DNA of 33,631 nt from Opitutales bacterium (lineage in GTDB: Bacteria; Verrucomicrobiota; Verrucomicrobiia; Opitutales; PNEW01). Every line of letters begins with the position of its first letter. Position 1 is the first letter of the stretch. Positions 8,409 through 17,874 of the stretch are shown here, one piece after another. The position numbers were made by a program, and so were the translations under genes. The stretch spans positions 1-33,631 of the forward strand of contig CBDANS010000001.1 in assembly GCA_965197745.1 (NCBI GenBank), read 5' to 3'. The notes under the pieces were generated by a model. It did no database searches. It was not told the origin of the DNA and worked only from the letters and a program-made list of their open reading frames with translations.

Positions 8409-9387
8409 TTACACAAACTGGTCCACTGGGAGAGTTAGTCTGGAAAGGTTAATGTTGAAGTTAAGTTGGTAGAGGAAGTCAAGACTTGGGCGCAATGAGG
8501 GCGTAGCCCGAATGGAGCCCGAGCCTTCGGTCTTGAGGTTTTCAGCGAAACGTTGTGGAGTAATATTGCCGAGGCTGCGGTGGGGTCGAACATGATTGTA
8601 AAGCCAGCGCCAATCTTCGATCACCACGCGGGCTTCGGTCAAAGTCCACAGTTGTTCACGATTTAGACACTCCTCGCGAAAACGGGCATGGAACGATTCG
8701 ATGTATCCGTTCTGCCAAGGGCTTCCTGGTTCGATATAGAGGGTATTGATTTTCATCGCAGTTAGCCAGGCTCTCAATTCACTTCCAATAAATGGCTTCG
8801 CATGTCGTCGCTTCGCTCCTCGGAACCGATCCATTGTCGCTGCGAATATATTTTGGCGGCCCATGAGGGTCGAGCAGTTTTTGCATGACCCCGCGCACCT
8901 TCTCCGCATTGATATGGCGATCGACATGGATCACCCGACACTCGCGGGTGTACTCGTCAAGGACGGTCAGCATTTTGAGATTCCCACCGCGGACCGTCTT
9001 ATCGTGGATAAAGTCCCAGGTCCAAACATGGTCGGGATGTTCGGCCTTCGTCGGCAGCCCGGTGGAGACACCCCTGCGCCGGCGTCTTGGCTTGCGTGGG
9101 GGGATCGCCAGACCCAGTTCACGTCGCAGACCTTGCACGAGCCGTTTACCCACCTGCCAGCCTTCGTCCTTCAACAGCTTCGTGATCTTCGGATAGCCCC
9201 ACCTTGCGTATTGCCGTGATAACCGCCTTACTGCCGCCTTCAGTTTCGTTAGCCAGGCATCCGGATACTTCGCCCGATATGCATAGGTGGAGCGGTGCAG
9301 GTGAAAGTATCGGCACGCTCCACGTATCGAACACTGGCCCCGGGCCACAAGTCTCTCTGCCACTTGCCGCTTGTGCCCAGGGCTTAC
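8409..9387 (-). pseudogene. IS3 OrfB DDE transposase, frameshifted by an insert after DNGS
   Basis: WTWDF, LTVLDEYTREC and RSDNGS in one frame; PGSPWQNGYIESF..RFREECL and YNHVRPHRSLG in another. Confidence 0.9.
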
Positions 9388-9406
9388 TACCGAGCATAAG
9401 CGACAT

Positions 9407-9673
9407 CTACCATTTTTTTTCGAGCGTCTCCTGCAGAATCTCTATCCCCAGCAGCTTGTCCGCCAGCATCCGTTTTAACCGCGCGTTCTCCTTCTCGAGT
9501 TCCTTCATCCGCTTGGCCTGGTTGACATCAATCATCCCAAACTCACGTTTCCAGCGGTGGAAGGTCTGTTCGCTTATGTTGTTCTCGCGGCATACTTCCA
9601 GGATCGTTTTCCCTTTGTCTGCCTGCCGCAGCATCCGTATCTTCTCTTCGGTTGTATAGCTTTTGCCTTTCAT
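9407..9673 (-). CDS. IS3 OrfA (HTH_Tnp_1)
   Basis: YTTEEKI..LRQ...VCRENNISEQTFHRWK...KELEKENARLKRMLAD. Confidence 0.92.
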   Translation of the reverse strand: MKGKSYTTEEKIRMLRQADKGKTILEVCRENNISEQTFHRWKREFGMIDVNQAKRMKELEKENARLKRMLADKLLGIEILQETLEKKW

Positions 9674-9740
9674 TGTCTGAGTCCTTTCTAGGTGTCCCAG
9701 ACTAACTTTTCAAGTGGACCAGTTTTCGTGGTCACGACCA

Positions 9741-10360
9741 GGATTTAAATGAGTGCTACTCCTTAATTTATGTTATTTTAAGACCGTTAGGAATTTTATA
9801 TTTAAATTAAATATATTGGTTATCAATCACTTACAAAACTAATAGACATAATAAAGATTGTGCGGTTCACTCTCCAAGGTCTCCTTCACCATGTGAATCC
9901 GCGATCTGCTTTCGTAACAATATCCCAGTGGATTTAATTTTCCCTTAACGTCCCTTTTGTCCACACACACTAGCGCCGATAACGGTATTCTGGGCGACCA
10001 GGTGGGATAGTTTGTCATGTTGTGATCAGTAAAGTGTGTTGAGCCAGCTCGACAGTCATGTTCTTTTTTTAAGTGTTGCCACCTGGAAGCCCTCATTGCG
10101 GTAACCTGCAACATCCCTTAATCGATGGGCAGATCGATAAGAGAGGACCGTGTTGATCCTCCCACTCCTTTTTTAAGTGTTTCCACCTAACACCATAAGA
10201 TCCCGTTTTCACCATGGTGCACATGAAACAACAAACAGAAGGAAAGTTATAAATTTTATATTGTCCGCGTCATGTCGCATAAATCTAGCGCAAAAACAAC
10301 ACCCCCTTTGTCCGTCTCTCAGATTCAGGAAGCTTCGGTAAACAACGACGAACAATAACC
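9741..10360. repeat. Conserved non-coding block B (contains an IHF-like site, a dif-like site and hairpins)
   Basis: Paralog of 6768-7250 with several insertions. TATCAATCACTTA (9821-9833) matches the IHF consensus WATCAANNNNTTR. Confidence 0.85.
9841..9868 (-). other. XerC/XerD dif-like recombination site 2
   Basis: Minus strand GAACCGCACAA-TCTTTA-TTATGTCTATT. The XerC arm is identical to site 1, the XerD arm has 1 mismatch, and the spacer differs. Confidence 0.75.
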
Positions 10361-10592
10361 AGCCGGTGGTCTACCACGAAGATCTGATCTTCGAAATATC
10401 CCGATTGATTGCTCTGACCATAGATGCCATCAGCCGCACTACGTTTACCAGCCCATAGTCGAACAGGAGGAGGTCAACCATTGGAACAAAACGAAACGAG
10501 TAAGGATCCTCAATGACTACAACGTCAGAAATCTAAGTATTTGAGGCTTCAACATCGAACATGATAAAAAGAAATACCTTGTGATATAATCC

Positions 10593-13064
10593 TTATTCAT
10601 AGCGCAATGTTTCAATCGGATCAACACGTGCAGCCACTCGCGCCGGTAACCAGGCTGCAAATAATCCCACGAGTGCTATTAATGCGATTACCGTGCTATA
10701 AACAGTCAAATCATTGGGAGACACATCTTCAATAAGACTGGATAAAATTCGGGAAAGGGCCAGGGCCAAGAGCAATCCCAAAAATATACCCGCACCTATT
10801 TGAATACCGCTCTGTTTAATTACCATAGCAATAATGTTGCGCGGTTCCGCGCCCATTGCTTTACGGATTCCCATTTCCTGGGTACGTTGATTAACCGAAA
10901 AAGACATGACACCATACACGCCAATAGCCGCTAATATAAAAGCAGCGATGCCAAAAACAACAAAAAGACCGGGAATGAACTTAGTTCCTCTGGATATTTT
11001 ATCAATATAACCTTGAACTGTATTAATTTCATAAAGGGGTTGATTGGGATTTAATTTTTGCAACTCGGTACGCACTGCGGGCAACCAGTTCATGGGATCA
11101 TCTCCCGTACCCCGTAAAATGAATGTCATATGGCGTGTCGTAATATTTTGATTAAATACGGTCTCTTGGGCCATGGGGACATAAAATCCTGAGCCATCGT
11201 TATTCACTGTATTAAAACCCTCCATCTGTAAATCCGGTGCAACACCGACAACCGTTAGCCAAGGCTTCTCACCCGGCCCCTTCGCTTTAAACATTTTACC
11301 GATTGGACTCTGATTCGGCCAATACTTTTCCGCAAAAATAGTATTAACAATCGCTACCTGCTGAGAATCGGCAATGTCCGTATGATTGAATGCTCTTCCC
11401 TCTAAAATAGAGACTCCAAAGACATTGAAGTAGCCATCAGAAATACCTGCAAATTGAGCACGCGGATAGTCATCATCTGACGCATAACTCACCCCATCAA
11501 TTATAATAATCCGGGGAACTGCTATCGGTTCATTATGTGAAGAGGTCAACGCGACTGCCTCAATACCCGGAACAACCCTGAGGTTATTGAGCAATGTATT
11601 AAGAAATGAGATTTTATCACTATCTTCAGGATAGTCCGTGTCAAATAATGCCGTCCGTGCCTGTAATATAGCTTCCGGGTTATAGGGTAATTCGAACTGG
11701 TTTAGCTTATACGACATTTTTAACATCATACCCGAGCCTATAAGGAGCGCGCAGGACATGGCAATTTGCACAATGACCAAAAACTTACTGAATCGACCCG
11801 AACGCAAATTAGAAGAGGTGCGAGTGTTTTCCTTTAATAATTGATTTACATCCGTTCTCGATGCCTGAAGCGCGGGGACAAGTCCCGATATTATACCGGT
11901 TGCAAAGGTAACACCGATGACAAAAATAAACACCGATCCATCCAGTTCAAAATTTATCCAGGAGGGAAAATTTCCTCCCTCGAACATGACCAAAAGATAA
12001 TTCCACAAAAACTCTAAAGATCTATGCGCGATGAGAAAACCACCCACCGCACCGATTATCGAAATGATCAGGCTCTCGGTCAGTATTTGTGTGATTAATC
12101 TTTTCCTCTTTGCACCTAATGCACTGCGTATAGCGAGCTCCTTGCTGCGCAGAATAGATCGGGCAAAAAGTAGGTTTGCAACATTAGAACAGGCAATGAG
12201 AAGCACCATGAATGCGGCCACGAGCATAGTCGTGAATAATATATTTATCTCATTGCCCATAATTCCCTTAATATAAGGCTTAATATCGAGTGAATTATAG
12301 CCCTCGTTGCTTTCTGGATATTCCTGTTCCAGACGACTGGCTATGCCGTTTAGCTCGGTTAATGCTTCTTCAAGTGTAACGTCATCTTTCAACCTTCCAA
12401 ATACCGTCAATTTACCACTATTCTTTCTTGTCGTTGACGAAAAATCTTTGAGGCGCGGAATCCAAAGGTCCGCACCAAATGGAAACTTATAATCCTGTGA
12501 CATCACACCCACAATGTTGTGCGATACATTATTTAAGAGGACAGACCGACCAATTATATCGACATCTCCATAAAAATCCTTCTGCCAGATTCCATAACTG
12601 ATGATCGCTACCTTATCAGCACCCGGCAGGTCTTCATCTTTAAAAAATCCGCGACCTAAGAGAGGTTTGGCGCGAAGCAATTCTAGAAAATTAGTGGAGA
12701 TTGAACAACCATTATAACGCCGCGCGTAATCATCACCTTTTATATTTATCGTAGAATTGTCGGAACCACTTAAGCCCTCAAAAGTGGTTTGCTGTTCCTG
12801 AAAGTCATTGAGGTCATAGGCATTTATAAACAAATCAATGTTAAAATCTTGCGAGTTACTTTTAACGTTAGCCCATCTTAAAAGGAAAAGGCGATCCGAT
12901 TTATCAAAGGGCAGTCCCTTGATAATAAAACCATTTACGATACTGAACATAGTTACTACGAGGCCAATGCCGATGGACAAGGCAATTACCGCTATGACCG
13001 AAACACCTATATTCTGTCTCAACATCCGCAGTCCAAAAATTATATCCTGAAGTATGTTTCGCAT
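10593..13064 (-). CDS. ABC transporter permease, duplicated MacB_PCD/FtsX (ADOP-type)
   Basis: QDI.FGLRML, LLIACSNVANLL, RSKELAIRSALGA, QRTQEMGIRKAMGA, PARVAARVDP..LRYE. Confidence 0.95.
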   Translation of the reverse strand: MRNILQDIIFGLRMLRQNIGVSVIAVIALSIGIGLVVTMFSIVNGFIIKGLPFDKSDRLFLLRWANVKSNSQDFNIDLFINAYDLNDFQEQQTTFEGLSGSDNSTINIKGDDYARRYNGCSISTNFLELLRAKPLLGRGFFKDEDLPGADKVAIISYGIWQKDFYGDVDIIGRSVLLNNVSHNIVGVMSQDYKFPFGADLWIPRLKDFSSTTRKNSGKLTVFGRLKDDVTLEEALTELNGIASRLEQEYPESNEGYNSLDIKPYIKGIMGNEINILFTTMLVAAFMVLLIACSNVANLLFARSILRSKELAIRSALGAKRKRLITQILTESLIISIIGAVGGFLIAHRSLEFLWNYLLVMFEGGNFPSWINFELDGSVFIFVIGVTFATGIISGLVPALQASRTDVNQLLKENTRTSSNLRSGRFSKFLVIVQIAMSCALLIGSGMMLKMSYKLNQFELPYNPEAILQARTALFDTDYPEDSDKISFLNTLLNNLRVVPGIEAVALTSSHNEPIAVPRIIIIDGVSYASDDDYPRAQFAGISDGYFNVFGVSILEGRAFNHTDIADSQQVAIVNTIFAEKYWPNQSPIGKMFKAKGPGEKPWLTVVGVAPDLQMEGFNTVNNDGSGFYVPMAQETVFNQNITTRHMTFILRGTGDDPMNWLPAVRTELQKLNPNQPLYEINTVQGYIDKISRGTKFIPGLFVVFGIAAFILAAIGVYGVMSFSVNQRTQEMGIRKAMGAEPRNIIAMVIKQSGIQIGAGIFLGLLLALALSRILSSLIEDVSPNDLTVYSTVIALIALVGLFAAWLPARVAARVDPIETLRYE

Positions 13065-13095
13065 CTTTCTCTGTGGTTAATTATTTTGGGGTGGA

Positions 13096-14586
13096 CTAAG
13101 GTATGTTCACCGCGAATTTCTCCAAGGTGGTGCCAACTTGCTGATCGTATTCGGCGAGAGATTTATTGTAATCAATAATAGCTTGCAGTTCACGAATCTC
13201 AGCCTCTGCCAGATCATCCTGTAACCTTAAGACGATAAAGGTGGTACTCGTTCCTGCCTGAAGCTTCTTTTGTTCTGCAGCGAGGCTTTTCTCCGATAAA
13301 GCGCGTGCGTCTTTAGCGACCTTGATCCGTTTCCAGTTCGTATTGATGCGACCCGCAGCATTATCCAGGTTTATTAATATATCCTGTTTAAATTGCTTTA
13401 GTGTGATTTCCTGCTGATTTTTTCTTAAATAAGCCGCTGCTTTCTGTGATCTTCCGAATCGATTGGGGAAAGGCACATTAAAGTTTATACCCAGCCGATA
13501 AGCCTGATTTTCATTTTCCGTTAATCTGTCAAAGCTGCTCTCAAAACTATCATCTCGTCCTTGCCAACCATATCCTCCGATAAGGTCTAAATTGGGCAAA
13601 GCTTGATGGCTGTTGAGTGTTATTTCGATTTCGCTCGTTTCAAGATAGAGAACCGCTCGACGATAATCTGGTCTTATCTCTAATGCCTTTTGATAATCCT
13701 CTTCTAAATTGATAGTGATTTCCTGAGGTTGATGGGGTGGTAGAATGGATATTCTTTTCTTCAGCACACCCACTATGCCATCGTATAACAATTGCTTGAG
13801 TCGATTCTCCTGATCCAGCATGAAGCGTTCTGCAAGCAAAACGCGCTCTTCCCTTAATGCTACTTCTGCTTCAGCCTGAACAACATCCAATGGGGCCATT
13901 GATCCAATCTCAATCCGTCGAATATTATCCTCTTTTAATTTCAGTGCTAAGTCACGACTGCGTTTAGCAACGTCCAAATTCTGGGACGCGAAATAGAAAT
14001 CATTGTAAGCAAATATTGTTCTTGAAATTATGGAAATAACCACGCGCTTAAACTCCCACTCGGATAACTCTAATCCTTTTTTCGCAATATTAATTCTGGC
14101 TTTATTGAAACCGGGTCCGAATCCTCTAAGTATGGGTTGGGTTAAACTAAATCCGGCAAAAGTGTAATATTCATCCGTAAAATCATTAAATGTCCCTCTG
14201 CGATTATCACTATCAATGCCGATCTCATAGTTCGTTCCCCAGGGAAGGACTCCATTAAAACCAATTGATAAGGTATCATCCTCCAGAGTGAATGATTCCG
14301 GGGCATCGAAATTTAAAGGATCGATCAACTGCGGGTTGTCTTCCTGCCGCCGCAGGTACTTTGAATCAAATGTAGGATCGAATATGCCTTTTTCCCCCGT
14401 CAGCTCGTGGGCCGCAATATCCGGAGAAATCTGCTCAACCTGGATCGTGAAGTTCTTTGCCAGGGCTTGCTCAATTGCCTGAGATAGATTCAGTTTCTCT
14501 ACAACTGAATCTTCACCATAAGCCATCTGTAGAATTACAAAATGTGAGCCAATGATAAGTGTTCTGAAATATTTAATTACATTCAT
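13096..14586 (-). CDS. TolC-family outer membrane efflux protein
   Basis: Signal peptide, LNLSQAIEQAL..N, SLTQPILRGFG, ALPNLDL, and a C-terminal AEQKKLQAG.ST...VL..Q repeat. Confidence 0.93.
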   Translation of the reverse strand: MNVIKYFRTLIIGSHFVILQMAYGEDSVVEKLNLSQAIEQALAKNFTIQVEQISPDIAAHELTGEKGIFDPTFDSKYLRRQEDNPQLIDPLNFDAPESFTLEDDTLSIGFNGVLPWGTNYEIGIDSDNRRGTFNDFTDEYYTFAGFSLTQPILRGFGPGFNKARINIAKKGLELSEWEFKRVVISIISRTIFAYNDFYFASQNLDVAKRSRDLALKLKEDNIRRIEIGSMAPLDVVQAEAEVALREERVLLAERFMLDQENRLKQLLYDGIVGVLKKRISILPPHQPQEITINLEEDYQKALEIRPDYRRAVLYLETSEIEITLNSHQALPNLDLIGGYGWQGRDDSFESSFDRLTENENQAYRLGINFNVPFPNRFGRSQKAAAYLRKNQQEITLKQFKQDILINLDNAAGRINTNWKRIKVAKDARALSEKSLAAEQKKLQAGTSTTFIVLRLQDDLAEAEIRELQAIIDYNKSLAEYDQQVGTTLEKFAVNIP

Positions 14587-14629
14587 AACGACGGGTATAT
14601 TAAATTTTATTGTGGTTCAATTATTCCAG

Positions 14630-17119
14630 CTATCCATAGCGCAATGCTTCCATGGGTTCTACGCGTGAAGCATTGCGCGCCGGTATCCAGATGGATAATA
14701 ATCCCACTAAGATGATCACCCCGATAACTGTTAAGTAGACCGAAAGGTCATAAGGTGAAAAGTTTGCATAGGTACTGTGCAGAATTCTTGCTAGGGCAAT
14801 TGACAACAGTAATCCTATGCATAATCCCGTGCCAATTTGCCTGCTACTCTGCTTGAAAATCATTGCAAGGATATTGCGTGGGTCGGCACCCAATGCTTTG
14901 CGTACTCCCATTTCCTGGGTTCGCTGATTGACCGAAAATGACATGACACCATAGAGACCAATTGAAGCAAGAAATGTAGCGGCAATACCAAAGGCAATAA
15001 ACAGTCCGGTGAAAAACTTACGACCTCGAGATCTATCATCGATCGCACTTTGTACTGTTTTTATATCATATAGCGGTTGATTAGGATTTAACTTCTGAAC
15101 CTCGCTTCTGACTGTTGGCAACCAGTTCATGGGATCACGACCTAATCCCTTTAAAACAAGAGTCATGTATCGAGCGGTTACATTTCCTGAAAAATAGAGA
15201 AAAGCACTCTTTTGCGTCATCGGGACATAAAAACCAGGAAATCTTTCCTGATCATCCCAATTAAAACCTTGCATTTGGAGGTCCGGGGCAACACCAACTA
15301 TCGTCAACCATGGCATACCATCAGGATGATATAATTTGAATCGTTTACCAATTGCACTTTGTTTTGGCCAGTATCGTTCAGCAAAATCTGTGTTCACAAT
15401 AGCTACCTGCTGTGAGTCAGTAATATCGGTATCATAAAACGGTCTTCCTTCTAAAATGGACGCATTAAAGACATCGTAGTAATCTATTGATACACCGGCA
15501 AAACAAGTCCACGGATAATCATTCTTTGTTACATAATTTTCACCGTCTACTATGATCTTCTTCCAATCAGCGAATGGCTCGCTGTGTGTCGTGGTTAATG
15601 CAACAGCCTCAATGCCCGGTATGGTTTTCAAGTTGCGTAATAGTGATTTAAAAAATGAAAGCTTATCGCTATTCGTAGGATACTCTGTATCGTGTAAGAC
15701 TGTACGCGCCTGAAAGATGGTTCCCGGATCATAAGGTAAGTCGAACCTGTTTAGATTATTCACCATTTTTATCATTAATCCCGCTCCAATAAGAAGGACA
15801 CAGCACAATGCGATCTGTACAATAACCAGGCATTTACTGAATCGACCCACACGCAAACTTGAGGATGTGCGTGTATCTTCCTTCAGTAATTGATTTACAT
15901 CCGTCTTTGATGCTTTGAACGCTGGAACAATTCCCGAAATAATCCCAGTAAGGAGCGTTAGACCAATTATAAATATAAGAACCACCCAATCCATCTCGAA
16001 ATTAACCCATGATGGAATGGAGTACCATGATGTCATTAAAATTACTTTAAAATAATTCCATAAATAATCTAGTGTAAACTTAGCCAGCAAGATGCCACCC
16101 AATGCTCCCATAATCGATATTAACAGGCTCTCTGTTAATATTTGAATGATGATACGTTTTCTTGGAGCACCGATGGCACTTCGAATCGCCAGTTCTTTGC
16201 TTCGCAAGGTCGACCGGGCAAGAAGCAGATTAGCCACATTTCCACAGGTAATGAGTAGTACCAGAAAAACAGCTCCGAGCATCGTTAATAATCTATTTAC
16301 CATCCAATCTCCCATAAACACTTTAGTGTAGGGTTCGATATCCAAAGCATTTAATCCCTCATTGCTTTCTGGATAGGCCTGTTCCAGGCGAGCTGCTATG
16401 CCGTTAAATTCTGTTAATGTTTCATCTACATTGACACCGTCTTTCAATCTGCCAAAAACAAATTTGAAATTTCTACTATTTATTCTTGTTTTTAAGGGAA
16501 AATCATTCCGATAGGGTATCCACAAATCAGCACTAAGTGGGAATTTAAAATCCTGGGGCATTACCCCAACTATAGTGCGAGGTGCTCCATTTAATAGCAT
16601 TGTCCTGCCAATAATATTAGTATCACCGTAAAAATCTTTCTGCCAGATCCCGTAACTGATAATCACTACAGGATCTGTGCCGGGCAGCTCTTCATCATTA
16701 AAAAACCGCCTTCCCAGTAATGGTCTGACGCGAAGCACATCAAGAAAATTAGCCGAGATATAGACGCCAGAACAACGGCGAGCGTAGTCATCACCTTTTA
16801 TATTAACTGAGTCTTCGTCGTATCCGGATAAACCCTCAAATGTCGTCTGCTGTTCTTTGAAATCAATTAGGTCATGGGTATTTATAAGGATATCATTCCA
16901 ATCAAAATTTTGATCACCTCTAGCCCATCTAAAACTAAAAATGCGTTCAGGTTCGTCAAAGGGAAGGCCTTTAATGAGAAACCCATTTACAATACTGAAT
17001 ACTGTCGCAACCAATCCAATGCCGATTGATAAGACAAACACAGCAAGTATCGAAATCCCCATGTTCTGTTTCAACATGCGTAGCCCGAACACCATATCCT
17101 GAAGGATATTTCGCATCAT
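14630..17119 (-). CDS. ABC transporter permease, duplicated MacB_PCD/FtsX (ADOP-type)
   Basis: Same motifs as 10593-13064; a clear paralog. Confidence 0.95.
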   Translation of the reverse strand: MMRNILQDMVFGLRMLKQNMGISILAVFVLSIGIGLVATVFSIVNGFLIKGLPFDEPERIFSFRWARGDQNFDWNDILINTHDLIDFKEQQTTFEGLSGYDEDSVNIKGDDYARRCSGVYISANFLDVLRVRPLLGRRFFNDEELPGTDPVVIISYGIWQKDFYGDTNIIGRTMLLNGAPRTIVGVMPQDFKFPLSADLWIPYRNDFPLKTRINSRNFKFVFGRLKDGVNVDETLTEFNGIAARLEQAYPESNEGLNALDIEPYTKVFMGDWMVNRLLTMLGAVFLVLLITCGNVANLLLARSTLRSKELAIRSAIGAPRKRIIIQILTESLLISIMGALGGILLAKFTLDYLWNYFKVILMTSWYSIPSWVNFEMDWVVLIFIIGLTLLTGIISGIVPAFKASKTDVNQLLKEDTRTSSSLRVGRFSKCLVIVQIALCCVLLIGAGLMIKMVNNLNRFDLPYDPGTIFQARTVLHDTEYPTNSDKLSFFKSLLRNLKTIPGIEAVALTTTHSEPFADWKKIIVDGENYVTKNDYPWTCFAGVSIDYYDVFNASILEGRPFYDTDITDSQQVAIVNTDFAERYWPKQSAIGKRFKLYHPDGMPWLTIVGVAPDLQMQGFNWDDQERFPGFYVPMTQKSAFLYFSGNVTARYMTLVLKGLGRDPMNWLPTVRSEVQKLNPNQPLYDIKTVQSAIDDRSRGRKFFTGLFIAFGIAATFLASIGLYGVMSFSVNQRTQEMGVRKALGADPRNILAMIFKQSSRQIGTGLCIGLLLSIALARILHSTYANFSPYDLSVYLTVIGVIILVGLLSIWIPARNASRVEPMEALRYG

Positions 17120-17137
17120 CTGGGGTAGTGGATTATG

Positions 17138-17842
17138 TTATACCGTCTGTTTAGCGACTCCGTCTACAATCTTACCGTCAAAAAGGTGAACAACTTTGGA
17201 TGCGTAGGTGATGTAGTCTTCATTGTGCGTCACCATACAAATTGTCGCCCCTTCATCGTTTAGTCTTTTAAGGATTTCCATGACCGTCCTACCGTTACTT
17301 GAGTCGAGATTACCGGTCGGCTCATCGGCAAGGAGAATTCGTGGTTCACCGGCAAGGGCGCGGGCAACAGCAACGCGTTGTTGTTGTCCACCGGATAGTT
17401 GACTCGGAACATGTTTACTTCGATGAGACATCTCTACTTTATCCAAGGCATCATTGACGCGCGTTTTTCGGTCAGAAGATCTCATTCCTCGGTACGTCAG
17501 AGGTAGCTCTACATTCTCGTATACACTCAAGTCTCCTATAAGATTAAAACTTTGAAATATAAAACCAATCTCGCGATTGCGGATTCGAGCACGTTCATCT
17601 TCGGTGAGATTTGCCACTGCTTTGTCAGCTAGGGTATAACTGCCTTCCGAGGGGGAATCCAGTAATCCAAGAATGGACAGGAGAGTAGATTTACCGCAAC
17701 CTGAGGGCCCATTGATAGAGACAAACTCTCCGTTATTTATGTTGAGATCAATCTCTGAAAGCGCGTGTGTTTCCAGTTCGTCTGTAAAGAACACTTTTGA
17801 AATATTATTCAACTGGATTAGGGTATTATTTTTATCATTCAT
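17138..17842 (-). CDS. ABC transporter ATP-binding protein (MacB/LolD-like)
   Basis: Walker A GPSGCGKS, signature LSGGQQQR, Walker B LLADEPTGNLD, H-loop VTH. Confidence 0.97.
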   Translation of the reverse strand: MNDKNNTLIQLNNISKVFFTDELETHALSEIDLNINNGEFVSINGPSGCGKSTLLSILGLLDSPSEGSYTLADKAVANLTEDERARIRNREIGFIFQSFNLIGDLSVYENVELPLTYRGMRSSDRKTRVNDALDKVEMSHRSKHVPSQLSGGQQQRVAVARALAGEPRILLADEPTGNLDSSNGRTVMEILKRLNDEGATICMVTHNEDYITYASKVVHLFDGKIVDGVAKQTV

Positions 17843-17874
17843 GGTATTTCAGGGGTAATGGTTATTTGACGCAT

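Larger units (their letters stand above)
8401..9740 (-). mobile_element. IS3-family insertion sequence, copy 1 (1340 bp), inactivated
   Basis: TG...CA ends with IRs TGGTCGGGTTACACAAACTGGTCCACT and TGGTCGTGACCACGAAAACTGGTCCACT. It has orfA/orfB with an A8 slippery site, and no matching target duplication on its two flanks. Confidence 0.93.

Noticed and set aside
8796..8826. The 31-nt removable segment begins GT and ends AG on the coding strand, like a spliceosomal intron
   Set aside because: The context is bacterial, the boundaries are ambiguous by a few bases, and such a match is easily coincidental.
8746..9659. Plus-strand ORFs in IS3 copy 1 (and equivalents at 22576-23562)
   Set aside because: They are antisense shadows of orfA/orfB.
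12672..16736. Further GCGAAGC heptamers in the permease genes
   Set aside because: They are in-frame coding sequence (L-R codons) with no indel, and are expected by chance.
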